From an uncultured Bacteroidales bacterium (lineage in GTDB: Bacteria; Bacteroidota; Bacteroidia; Bacteroidales; VadinHA17), in contig CAVTDE010000002.1 of NCBI GenBank assembly GCA_963733455.1, positions 41,259 to 105,258 of the forward strand: a stretch of 64,000 nucleotides of DNA. Direction: 5' to 3'. Position 1 is the stretch's first letter, and each line of letters begins with the position of its first letter. The position numbers were made by a program, and so were the translations under genes. A model generated the notes under the pieces. The model searched no databases and was not told where the DNA came from. It saw only the letters and a list, made by a program, of their open reading frames with translations. Of this stretch, positions 21,447-30,720 are shown one piece after another.

Positions 21447-22493
21447 TTGAGACTGATGTCAGAATCCAGGTATTATCATTTTTCTGCAACAGGGTTGTTC
21501 TATGGGGTCGACACACTTATTAATGCTATTTCAGCATTAAGGGAGGGTGGCTTCATCTGGCTGAACTATTACAAACCCGAAAGAGCTGATCTTAACCTCC
21601 TTATCGACCTGCTGGGAATCCATCCACTGTCAGTCGAGGACTGTTTTGATGAGAAGCAGATACCAAAAATTGAACATTTCCAGAATAATACATTTATTCT
21701 GTTTAATGCATTCAGTTATACAGATAAAACGCTCTACACGGATGAGGTAAACCTGTTCATCGGCAAAAACTTCCTTATTTCGGTCAGCGGTTATCATTCG
21801 GATGAAAGGAAACCGTTACAAAAGATGGAAGAGCAGATTGAAGCAGATCCCTCTGTTGCCAGGAACGGACCCGCATATCTGATGCATAAGATACTTGATT
21901 ATATTGTTGATCATAAATACGGTGCCTTCGATACAATGGAAGATGAGCTTGAGGAGGCAGAAGATTTCCTGCTTGAAAATGTTTCGGATTTTAAGCCCAT
22001 GCAGCTGATATATCTGAGAAGGAATCTTGTAAATCTGCGGAAGAGCCTTTATCATGAAAGAGAGATCCTCGTGAAGATCAACAGGCTTGATTGCCTTTTT
22101 ATACCTGAAAAAGCGATAGCAGGATACCGGGATATTTATGACCACCTGTCAAAATTTTTCGAATTGACTGAAACATACCGCGAAATTGAAACTAGTCTGA
22201 TGGAATTATACACTTCTTTGCTCAACAACAAGATGACCCAGACCTCCAATGAAACCAACGCTTCTGTTAAAAGATTAACAATGATCGCGACAGTCTTCAT
22301 GCCTCTTACTCTTATTGCAAGTATTGGTGGAATGTCCGAGTGGTCCATGATGACAGGACCGGGAAACTGGAAAATATCCTATCCTCTTTTTATCCTTGGA
22401 ATGACAATAATAGGCGGAATTAATTATTTCCTGATACGTAGATTTGAAAAAGAATTATACGCCCGGAATAAAAATAATTCCGAGGCTGAATGA
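21447..22493 (+). CDS. corA: CorA family divalent cation transporter (GMN signature replaced by GMS)
   Basis: GIHPLSVED, PKIE, RDIYDHL, KRLTMIATVFMPLT and two C-terminal TM helices. Confidence 0.85.
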   Translation: MRLMSESRYYHFSATGLFYGVDTLINAISALREGGFIWLNYYKPERADLNLLIDLLGIHPLSVEDCFDEKQIPKIEHFQNNTFILFNAFSYTDKTLYTDEVNLFIGKNFLISVSGYHSDERKPLQKMEEQIEADPSVARNGPAYLMHKILDYIVDHKYGAFDTMEDELEEAEDFLLENVSDFKPMQLIYLRRNLVNLRKSLYHEREILVKINRLDCLFIPEKAIAGYRDIYDHLSKFFELTETYREIETSLMELYTSLLNNKMTQTSNETNASVKRLTMIATVFMPLTLIASIGGMSEWSMMTGPGNWKISYPLFILGMTIIGGINYFLIRRFEKELYARNKNNSEAE

Positions 22494-22505
22494 TACGATT
22501 TGAAA

Positions 22506-23060
22506 CTAGCTTTTGTTCTTCCTGAATCTTTCCGTTATAGCCTTCTCTTCAGCCGGTGTGACCACTGAAAACTTTTTCAGGGTTTTTATGAATGTTGCTA
22601 CTTCTTCGTCGGAGGCCGGACAGCCCATATTCTGGCCTGGTTTATCAAGCCCTTCGCCATCGGGCCTTATTTTCGAATCGGCAAGAATGGTGCCCTTACT
22701 GTCGTAGATTAGGAAAAACGGAATACCTGAATTCTCACCGGCATATTTCGTATATAGTTCCCTGGCACCCGGATTTTCAAGATTTTTCTTATCCTTCGAT
22801 TCAAGTACTGTCAGATGAATTATTACAAAATTCTTCTGAAAATAATCCCTGCAGGACGGATCATTTATGGATGCATCAAGTTTCTTGCACCAGCCGCACC
22901 ATGATGCATGGAACATTACAATAACATTTTTCTTTTCTTTTGCCGCCAGCTTGCAGGCTTCGGCCAATATTTTATCGGCTGGCCCGGGTTTTTCCTGTGC
23001 TGACACTCCGTTGAAAGTAAGGAGCAAAATAAGTGTAAATATTACATTTTTTAATTTCAT
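22506..23060 (-). CDS. exported thioredoxin-fold protein
   Basis: Signal peptide; FHASWCGWCKKL CxxC motif; GIPFF. Confidence 0.85.
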   Translation of the reverse strand: MKLKNVIFTLILLLTFNGVSAQEKPGPADKILAEACKLAAKEKKNVIVMFHASWCGWCKKLDASINDPSCRDYFQKNFVIIHLTVLESKDKKNLENPGARELYTKYAGENSGIPFFLIYDSKGTILADSKIRPDGEGLDKPGQNMGCPASDEEVATFIKTLKKFSVVTPAEEKAITERFRKNKS

Positions 23061-23272
23061 GCCATCTCATTATAAGTTTTCAAAATTTCCTCTTTATATT
23101 CCTCAGGAGCTTCAATATGTCCCCATCCCGATTGCATTTGCCATAGTCCGTCCATAACCGAATCGTGATATGAACGGATCAGATGCGGGATTTCCTTTTC
23201 GTTCAGAAGACCATCGATAAGCATGGCTTCAATCTCATCATTCAGAACCAGGATCTTTACGTTTTTATACAT
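23057..23272 (-). CDS. small DUF2007-like hypothetical protein
   Basis: NEIEAMLIDGLLNEKEIP pattern resembles DUF2007; overlaps the start of the next gene by 4 bp. Confidence 0.6.
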   Translation of the reverse strand: MYKNVKILVLNDEIEAMLIDGLLNEKEIPHLIRSYHDSVMDGLWQMQSGWGHIEAPEEYKEEILKTYNEMA

Positions 23273-23455
23273 TACCGGAAATATTACTTCGTAAAATTAA
23301 GTAATAATTATTAAAGATATTCCGGGATTTTATAAATGCAAAGAAATTAAGAACTTACATACGTCTTTAGGGTATTTAGGGGCGAAAAACGAACAAGGTA
23401 ATTTTGATACAACCTCATTGCTATTTCCTACCTTCCAGCTCTTTCGCTTCCCATT

Positions 23456-23967
23456 GGTTCACCCCCAACCCCCTAAAGGGGGCTATTAAAAACTATTATT
23501 TAGTCAGGTTTTTGTAAATTTGATAATTCGCTGCACTTAAATATCAGAAGATGAGGTCAAGAGTAATTGAAAGAAATATGTTTTATGGAGCCAGCCGCAA
23601 AACTTTCGAAAAGGCACATGAACTAAGGGGATTAATGACAGAAGCAGAAAAAGTTCTCTGGAATGAACTAAAAAACAGGAAGTTTTTTATACCTAAATTC
23701 AGAAGACAACATCCAATCGATATTTTTATTGTCGATTTTTATTGTCATGAGTTTAAGCTGGTAGTTGAAATTGATGGTGGAATTCATGTGGATAATGAAA
23801 TTCATGAATATGATCTAGGAAGGGAGGCCGATATCACAAAATTTGGTATCAAAATATTGAGATTTACGAACCAGCAAATATTTAATGATATCAATTCGGT
23901 TAAAAATGAGATACTGGTTGCTATTGCAGGTACAAAGGAACCCCCTTTAGGGGGCAGGGGGTGAACC
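23456..23967 (+). mobile_element. DUF559 element copy 1 with 27-bp terminal inverted repeats
   Basis: Left GGTTCACCCCCAACCCCCTAAAGGGGG and right CCCCCTTTAGGGGGCAGGGGGTGAACC match at 25/27 when inverted; mobility itself is inferred. Confidence 0.75.
23551..23964 (+). CDS. DUF559 / Vsr-like endonuclease domain protein
   Basis: MTEAEKVLW, KFRRQHPI..FIVDFYC, LVVEIDGGIH, R...I...G..ILRF.N. Confidence 0.92.
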   Translation: MRSRVIERNMFYGASRKTFEKAHELRGLMTEAEKVLWNELKNRKFFIPKFRRQHPIDIFIVDFYCHEFKLVVEIDGGIHVDNEIHEYDLGREADITKFGIKILRFTNQQIFNDINSVKNEILVAIAGTKEPPLGGRG

Positions 23968-24015
23968 CGATAGGTATTGGGATAGGGTTGAAAAACGAAC
24001 GATGTACTTTTGATC

Positions 24016-24435
24016 TTATTTTACGACAACGCAATTATTCAAAAGTATATCCATAAGAAATCCCGAACATTGGCCCCTGATCGTTATCTGATCGCCGGAT
24101 TTGAGATTCTGGAGTCCAGTCATTGACTGGAAAGTACAAATAACTGATGACATCGGACTTTCAGTCTTCAGAGAGACATTGAACGTATTGCCTTCACCGG
24201 ATTTCAAATCATTAATTGTTCCTGATACTTCAATGACCTTACCCAGGTATGTGGTGTTTGCAGTAGTCTCGTTTGCCTCAAAGGCTTTTTGAAGTTCACC
24301 TGCCGTAATGACAAAATCGGGTTTTACCTTCTGAAGATCCTTAGCCTTAAGATTGAACATATATAGTCCGAACAGGATGCCCGCAAGCGCCATGAAGAAG
24401 ACTACGAACAAAGCTATTTTAACTGAAGTTTTCAT
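24016..24435 (-). CDS. tRNA_anti-like OB-fold membrane-anchored protein
   Basis: N-terminal TM helix; A.ANTTYLGKVIEVSG and GDQITIRGQCSG. Confidence 0.7.
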   Translation of the reverse strand: MKTSVKIALFVVFFMALAGILFGLYMFNLKAKDLQKVKPDFVITAGELQKAFEANETTANTTYLGKVIEVSGTINDLKSGEGNTFNVSLKTESPMSSVICTFQSMTGLQNLKSGDQITIRGQCSGFLMDILLNNCVVVK

Positions 24436-24509
24436 TTTTAATAATTAAAATTCTTTGGCATTTTTAAAAGACCCCACCATTTGGGGGGCAAGGGGTTGAT
24501 TTTAGCAGT

Positions 24510-25064
24510 TTACTTATTTCCTACCGGTGAGTATTTAATAATAACAGTCACCTCAAAACTTTTCGCAATGTTGTTTCTTACAACCGCCGGAATGGTAATG
24601 TTGTATTCTTCAGGCACCAGGGGGAATTTTGAATTTGCATTTATCCCGTCTCCTGTAACCTCCAGTGTACCCTTTGTGCTTAATTTCTTTGTTACTCCGT
24701 GAATTGTCAGATCTCCCTCGACATTTACATCGTAAGTTCCGGGTTTTGTAAAGTCCACATTGGAAAGGTTTGTTAGCTTCCCTGAAAAAGTTGATTTTGG
24801 AATTTTATCCGATTCGAGATAGTTCTCATTGAAGTGTACTTCCATAAGTGCTTTTGGGAAATGGAATGATTTTATAAGAACCTGGAATGCGATTTCTCCG
24901 GTAGAAGCATCAAAAACACTGGCAACCTGGTTGTTGTCGGCTTTGATATCTTCAATCGGAGTATGAGAAAAAAAACCTATAAATCCATTTTTAGTAATGT
25001 ATTTCTGGCAATTGGCATTGAAGAACAAAAATGTAAGAATGGAAAGAATTAGTATTTTCTTCAT
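24510..25064 (-). CDS. YceI family protein
   Basis: FFSHTPIEDI, F.FPKALMEVHFNENYLES, GDLTIHGVTK; signal peptide; start at MKKILIL. Confidence 0.88.
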   Translation of the reverse strand: MKKILILSILTFLFFNANCQKYITKNGFIGFFSHTPIEDIKADNNQVASVFDASTGEIAFQVLIKSFHFPKALMEVHFNENYLESDKIPKSTFSGKLTNLSNVDFTKPGTYDVNVEGDLTIHGVTKKLSTKGTLEVTGDGINANSKFPLVPEEYNITIPAVVRNNIAKSFEVTVIIKYSPVGNK

Positions 25065-25199
25065 ATTAAATTTATTGATCAATCATTTAACAAGCAATGT
25101 CAGAAATTGTTCCGGTCTTAAATTTATAATCATTCCCGATCCATTCCCGGTCATCAAATCCAACTCACGGGGTGGCAGGGTAGGCAGGGAAAATGGATT

Positions 25200-26090
25200 T
25201 CAATTCCCTCCGGTAGCCCGAGAGTGTTTTTTAAGCGTGAAAACCCGTGATATATTAAAACCGAAAAGAATATCCCCTTTCCGCCAGTCACCCGTTGTTT
25301 CGCCTAAAAATCCCTTTTCTATCATCATCAGGGAATTTGTAAAAATAAGCTGGAAAACATGCCCCCCGGTTTCAATATCGAATCCAAGCGATAAAGGATC
25401 ATAGGCATGCTGATTAATATAATTTTTAGAATTTGCCACATAATAGTATTCTGCATTAAAGCTTATTCTTTTGATTAGTTTAATTCTACCGCCTGCACCT
25501 ATAGCGTATAAATCATTGGGGTCGGTTACAGTTGCCACCAGGCTACGGTGAACAATTGATGGTGCTATCTGAAGTGAAAATACCTGATTGATTTTTCGGG
25601 CAATCAGTATCTGCCCTACGTAGGAAAATGGGGAAGAAAAATAGTTTGGAGTGTAGGCGTGATTATGTGCGACAGATGTCATTAATGAAATCGAAACAGG
25701 CATAACTCTTGCTCCAGATGATTGCCGGAACAAAGTAAACTTGGCAAACCCGTTAAAAGTTCTTTCGTATGAGCTCCTCCCGATGCCAACCATCAACCAG
25801 TCAAGTATCCCATACTCAAGTGATAAATGTTGATATCCCACATCAAGCCCAAAAAACAGATTTGCTCCGGAATTTAATGTTCCGAACCTGTGTAAAACTC
25901 TGAAATCAAGCTGTCCGGAAGGCATTCTTTCAATCGAATGCCCGTTCATCACCCTTGTCGATTTAAAAGTTGCCGACACAAAATTTATTTCTGGAATGGT
26001 ATCTTTATTCAGGAGATCCATCAGATCATTCTGTGCAAACAAAACAAAAGGAGATACTGAAAGAAGAAGAAAGATAAACAACTTTTTCAT
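25200..26090 (-). CDS. DUF5777 family outer-membrane beta-barrel protein
   Basis: FKSTR..N.HS, DFR..HRFG, IETGGHVFQL.FTNS, FGFNISRVF; same orientation and cluster as yceI. Confidence 0.78.
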   Translation of the reverse strand: MKKLFIFLLLSVSPFVLFAQNDLMDLLNKDTIPEINFVSATFKSTRVMNGHSIERMPSGQLDFRVLHRFGTLNSGANLFFGLDVGYQHLSLEYGILDWLMVGIGRSSYERTFNGFAKFTLFRQSSGARVMPVSISLMTSVAHNHAYTPNYFSSPFSYVGQILIARKINQVFSLQIAPSIVHRSLVATVTDPNDLYAIGAGGRIKLIKRISFNAEYYYVANSKNYINQHAYDPLSLGFDIETGGHVFQLIFTNSLMMIEKGFLGETTGDWRKGDILFGFNISRVFTLKKHSRATGGN

Positions 26091-26389
26091 AATATTTTTA
26101 ATTATCTTATAATAAAATGATTACATTCTGAAATATCAAAATAAAGGTTCTTTCATTTAGCAATTTCCGCTACAGGGAGTTTATCCCGTTCCAATCCGTA
26201 ATCTTAATATTGTTCTATTTTCAAGTGAACATGCCGATCTAAAGGCATTTCCTTTACCTATAGTTTAAACAGTATATTCTTAAAATGGTTGTAAGAATTG
26301 AGAAAGGTTTATTAAACAGATAGATCTTATCGGTCTTCGTACGCATATAATTAGTTAAGGGCCTGACTATCCGTAAATTTAGATGACTT

Positions 26390-26911
26390 TTACTGATCTT
26401 GATTACCCGGCTTTATTTTTAAGGTCTGGAATTCATGTTCAAAATTGGGAGTGAAAATACCGTTGCCAAGGTTTTCTTCAATCTCTTCCATATTCCAGAA
26501 TCTGCCTTCTTCAATTTCGTCTCTGTTTATCACCGGAAGATTTTCAGTTCTTCCTGTAAAAGAATATACAAGCTCTCTTTCACGCGCAGATATCCAGATA
26601 TATTTATTCCTGAACTCGTAATCAAAATCTTCTAATCCCAGTTCTTCCCGTGCTTCCCGTTTAAGCGCCTCCTCAACTGCTTCTCCCGGACTGACATGTC
26701 CTCCCACCGATGTGTCCCAGAACCCGGGGAGGAGATCTTTTGTCATTGCCCGTTTCTGAAGGAACAACTCCCCTCTGCTGTTAAAAAGGTGCAAATGTAC
26801 AACAGGGTGAAGAAGCATGCTCTTCCCGTCATGGCATACGCTTCGTGGCGCTCTTGATATCTCGTTGCCGTCTTCGTCGACTATAGGGAACCATTCTTCA
26901 GAGAAACTCAT
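26390..26911 (-). CDS. NUDIX hydrolase (IDI-like)
   Basis: LHPVVHLHLFN, LQKR...K...PG.WD, Nudix box GGHV..GE....A..REAREELG. Confidence 0.88.
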   Translation of the reverse strand: MSFSEEWFPIVDEDGNEISRAPRSVCHDGKSMLLHPVVHLHLFNSRGELFLQKRAMTKDLLPGFWDTSVGGHVSPGEAVEEALKREAREELGLEDFDYEFRNKYIWISARERELVYSFTGRTENLPVINRDEIEEGRFWNMEEIEENLGNGIFTPNFEHEFQTLKIKPGNQDQ

Positions 26912-26954
26912 GATATGATAAATTGACTGGCAAAGATCGGAAATTATTTAACCA

Positions 26955-27540
26955 TTCTTCCCCTGAGCCCTGAGCACTGCGCTCTGAGCTCCTTGTTCCC
27001 TGCTTTCTTCCCCTGAGCCCTGAGCACTGCGCTCTGAGCTCTTCGCCCCCCATTCTCGACCTCCACCCTTTATCACCCCCAACTCTTTCTCGCCCTCAAA
27101 TCTTTTGTCACCCCCAACTCTGCTCCCTGCCCCTTGTTCCCTGCTTTCTTCCCCTGAGCCCTGAGCACTGCGCTCTGAGCTCTTCGCCCCCCCCTTCTCG
27201 ACCTCGACCCTTTATCACCCCCAACTCTTTCTCGACCTCAAACCTTTTTCACCCCCAACTCTGCTCCCTGCCCCTTGTTCCCTGCTTTCTTCCCCTGAGC
27301 CCTGAGCACTGCGCTCTGAGCTCTTCGCCCCCCCTTCTCGACCTCGACCCTTTATCACCCCCAACTCTTTCTCGCCCTCAATCCTTTTTCACCCCCAACT
27401 CTGCTCCCTGCCCCTTGTTCCCTGCTTTCTTCCCCTGAGCCCTGAGCACTGCGCTCTGAGCTCTTCGCCCCCCCCTTCTCGACCTCGACCCTTTATCACC
27501 CCCAACTCATTCTCGCCCTCAATCCTTTTTCACCCCCAAC
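26955..27540. repeat. tandem array, about 4 x 140-141 bp, abutting the left end of DUF559 copy 2
   Basis: Unit starts (CCTTGTTCCC) at 26991, 27132, 27273 and 27413; each unit has heptamer runs plus two TCACCCCCAACT motifs. Confidence 0.95.
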
Positions 27541-28108
27541 CCCCTAAAGGGGGCTTTAAAAACACGTTATTTATCAGGAATTATCTAAATTTGATATTTC
27601 GCTGCTACTAATATTATTTAAGATGAGATCGAGAGTGATTGAGAGGAACATGTTCTATGGCGCCAGTCATAATATTTTTGCCAAAGCATATGAACTAAGG
27701 CAGAACATGACCACTGCGGAAAAATTATTATGGGATGAGCTAAGAAACAGGAGAGTTTTTAAAGTTAAATTTCGGCGACAGCATCCCATAGACATCTTTA
27801 TTGTAGATTTTTATTGCCATGAAATTAAATTAGCAATTGAAGTCGATGGTGAGATTCATTCAGAAACTGAAATCAGAAAATATGATGATGGCAGGACTCA
27901 TGATATTGAAAAGTACGGCATTACAATACTAAGATTTTCAAATAATCAAGTAATTAATGACTTGGGTTCAGTCAAACAAATGATTTTGGAGAAGATTAAA
28001 TCTTTAAGCAGTCGTCAGATTCCTTAGGTCACCCAAGAACATGTTTATAACTACCCAAAATGATAAGTTCTGGATTTCAAGCCCCCTTTAGGGGGTTGGG
28101 GGTGAACC
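27529..28108 (+). mobile_element. DUF559 element copy 2 with terminal inverted repeats
   Basis: Left TTCACCCCCAACCCCCTAAAGGGGGCTT, right AAGCCCCCTTTAGGGGGTTGGGGGTGAA; upstream leader homologous to copy 1. Confidence 0.75.
27623..28027 (+). CDS. DUF559 / Vsr-like endonuclease domain protein (paralogue of 23551-23964)
   Basis: Same MRSRVIERNMFYGAS start and KFRRQHPIDIFIVDFYCHE core; about two-thirds identical to copy 1 by manual count. Confidence 0.92.
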   Translation: MRSRVIERNMFYGASHNIFAKAYELRQNMTTAEKLLWDELRNRRVFKVKFRRQHPIDIFIVDFYCHEIKLAIEVDGEIHSETEIRKYDDGRTHDIEKYGITILRFSNNQVINDLGSVKQMILEKIKSLSSRQIP

Positions 28109-28391
28109 TAAATAGGGGACGTGGAGGGCTTTTTCTGGTCAGAGTGAACTCAACTGAATTGGGGGTGAACCTAAATAGGGGACGCGGAGGGCTTTTTCTG
28201 GTTAGAGTGAACTCAACTGAATTGGGGGTGAACCTAAATAGGGGACGTGGAGGGCTTTTTTAGGCCAGAGTGAACTCAACTGAATTGGGGGTGAACCTAA
28301 ATAGGGGACGCGGAGGGCTTTTTCTGGTCAGAGTGAACTCAACTGAATTGGGGGTGAACCTAAGGTGAACTCAACTGATTTGGGGGTGAAC
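28096..28391. repeat. tandem array, 4 x 63 bp plus one 32-bp unit, abutting the right end of DUF559 copy 2
   Basis: TTGGGGGTGAAC recurs at 28096, 28159, 28222, 28285, 28348 and 28380. Confidence 0.95.
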
Positions 28392-30720
28392 TTATTTTGA
28401 AGCTGCATCTTACCCTGTTCCCATCCTCATCCACAACAGTCAACACATGATCTCCGGCTTCCGCAAAGATCTCAATCTGGTGAATGGATTTCGTAGTCCC
28501 TATATACTTTTCATCCAGATGCCAGAAGATCTTCTTCGACGGATTTCTGTGCACCACCTCCGGGATTACCCTGGTCAGCTCGCCGGTATGATCGCGCGGA
28601 ATGAATATTTTTATTCCCTGCACAGGGTAAATAAATTCCATGACCGGTTCACTTTTCTCATTCCCACAACCTGCCTTAAATGGCGGAAGAGGCTTATATT
28701 CTGAGTGCTTTTGTCTGTAAAAATATTCCATTGCGGGAGGCAGAACGAACCAGGGTATATTGATTATCTCTGAAGCCGGAACACAATCAGCTGTAACCTG
28801 CTTAGTCCCTGTTTTATCAAGATGAATGATCCTGTGATACGGACAAGCCTCGCTTCTAAGCCCGTTGAGACAGATCTGTTCCTCCCTGGTCCAGGGACAA
28901 TCCGGACCTGCCCTGTACCCGCTCTCACTGCAAACTTCAACAGTCGTCATTTCTTCGTAAGGAGGCGTAAACCAGGGACCTGATTTTAGACTTCCTGCGA
29001 GATCGAACATGATTGGTGCAGCAGCTACAATTCCTGTCAGCCCGGGACGACCTTCACCATCAGCATTTCCCGCCCAGACACCAATAACATAATCGGGTGT
29101 TGTCCCGACTGCCCAGGCATCCCTGAAACCGAAGCTGGTACCTGTTTTCCATGCAAGTTCCGTGGCATGATCAAAATATTGCCAGCCTGTCTCGGTCTCC
29201 GGACGGTTAACTTTCTGCAGGGCTTCATAGGTAATCCAGATCGAAGCTGAAGATAACGGCGGATCTTTTTCCACAATGGGCGCTTCATGATTATTTTCTG
29301 AAGCAACCAGAAAGGGCGGATGGTAATCACCATGTATATATTTCTTTTCATCGTTATATCTTCTCAGAACCCGGGAAATTGAGGCATAAACACCCGTAAG
29401 TTCCCAGAGAGATGTTTCTCCTCCACCCAGAATAAGCGATAACCCGTAATGGTCGGCAGTTCTGTCAAATGAGGTGAAACCTGTCTCTTTAAGAAGTTCA
29501 AGAAATCGCTCCGGAGTATAATCCTGAAGCATTTTAACGGCAGGGATATTAAGCGATTGTGAAAGAGCTGCTCCTGCAATTACAGCACCACTGAAGCTCT
29601 TATCAAAGTTTTTGGGTGCAAATCCCGGAAACCGTGTCGGAATATCAGCTATCAGGGTATTTGGAAGAATTTCTCCCGATTGCTGTACCCCGGCAAAAAG
29701 CAATGGTTTAAGGATGCTTCCTGTACTCCTCCTCGACCTTATTATGTCAACATCTCCTCCATGATCCGAACCATCGGCGTCAGTACTGTTACCCACATAG
29801 GCAAGCACTTCTCCCGATTCAACGCTTACTATAAGGACAGCTGAATTGAAAATGAAATTCCCTGCGAGCTCTTTCTGATGAATGTTTATAATTTCCATGG
29901 CCCGCTTCTGAAGTTCCGGATCAATAGTTGTCCTGATCCTTTCACCCCGGTTTGTACCATAAAAATAATCTGTAAGATGAGGGGCTCCGGAGGGTAATGG
30001 TTTCGGTTCACCGGGAAGGGGCTCATCGAGTGCCAGCACCAGAGTCAGCGAATCGAAGAGATCTCTTTTGAATAACCTGCGGAGGAGATCATCACGTCTG
30101 GTCTTCAATAGTTCCTGATTCTTTCCCGGATAGACAAGTGCAGGGGAATTGGGAAGGACAGCAAATGCTGCCGCTTCAGCCCAGGTTAAGTCCGCAGACG
30201 GTTTCCCGGTGTACCTCCATGCCGCGGCATCAAGCCCCACGTTATTCCCTCCGAAAGGTGCATTCCCGGCATACATTTTCAGTATTGTTTTTTTTGAGCG
30301 TAAGATTTCAAGCTTGACAGCCCCGAGCATTTCGACGATCTTCTCGTAATAGGTTCGCTGCCTGTTACCCCTTGATAGCCTGGCAACCTGCATGGTAATA
30401 GTACTTCCACCGCTTACAATTTCACGTGCTTTCAGATTGCCTGCAATGGCCCGTAAAATCGAAACAGGATTTATTCCGGGATGAAAATAGAAATAACGGT
30501 CCTCAAATGTCAGCAAAGCTTTTTCAAACTTTTCCGGGACCTGTTCTGATGACGGGAACCTCCATTGACCGTCATCAGCAATCCTTCCTCCAAGCAGCGT
30601 GCCGTCACGCGCTTCGACAATTGTCGAAAGAGGGGCTTTGAACCGCGGGACCGGTGAGATCAAAACCGGGATAATGATTACCCCGGCTGCTACAATTGTA
30701 ATTCTGAGCTTTCTATTCAA
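28360..30720 (-). CDS. pbpC: penicillin-binding protein 1C
   Basis: Transglycosylase EDRYFYFHPG and GGSTITMQVAR; transpeptidase STGSILKP, SLN and KTGTS; C-terminal BiPBP domain; adjacent to alpha-2-macroglobulin. Confidence 0.93.
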   Translation of the reverse strand: MNRKLRITIVAAGVIIIPVLISPVPRFKAPLSTIVEARDGTLLGGRIADDGQWRFPSSEQVPEKFEKALLTFEDRYFYFHPGINPVSILRAIAGNLKAREIVSGGSTITMQVARLSRGNRQRTYYEKIVEMLGAVKLEILRSKKTILKMYAGNAPFGGNNVGLDAAAWRYTGKPSADLTWAEAAAFAVLPNSPALVYPGKNQELLKTRRDDLLRRLFKRDLFDSLTLVLALDEPLPGEPKPLPSGAPHLTDYFYGTNRGERIRTTIDPELQKRAMEIINIHQKELAGNFIFNSAVLIVSVESGEVLAYVGNSTDADGSDHGGDVDIIRSRRSTGSILKPLLFAGVQQSGEILPNTLIADIPTRFPGFAPKNFDKSFSGAVIAGAALSQSLNIPAVKMLQDYTPERFLELLKETGFTSFDRTADHYGLSLILGGGETSLWELTGVYASISRVLRRYNDEKKYIHGDYHPPFLVASENNHEAPIVEKDPPLSSASIWITYEALQKVNRPETETGWQYFDHATELAWKTGTSFGFRDAWAVGTTPDYVIGVWAGNADGEGRPGLTGIVAAAPIMFDLAGSLKSGPWFTPPYEEMTTVEVCSESGYRAGPDCPWTREEQICLNGLRSEACPYHRIIHLDKTGTKQVTADCVPASEIINIPWFVLPPAMEYFYRQKHSEYKPLPPFKAGCGNEKSEPVMEFIYPVQGIKIFIPRDHTGELTRVIPEVVHRNPSKKIFWHLDEKYIGTTKSIHQIEIFAEAGDHVLTVVDEDGNRVRCSFKISSPPNQLSSP

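Noticed and set aside
26955-27540. 141-bp array as a CRISPR array or coding repeat
   Set aside because: There are no variable spacers, no credible ORF and no cas genes.
28060-28263. 67-aa ORF with LGVNLNRGRGGLFLVRVNSTE repeats
   Set aside because: It is a translation of the 63-bp array (63 is divisible by 3); there is no independent coding evidence.
28096-28391. 63-bp array as a CRISPR array
   Set aside because: Units are near-identical along their whole length, so there are no unique spacers; no cas genes are in the window.
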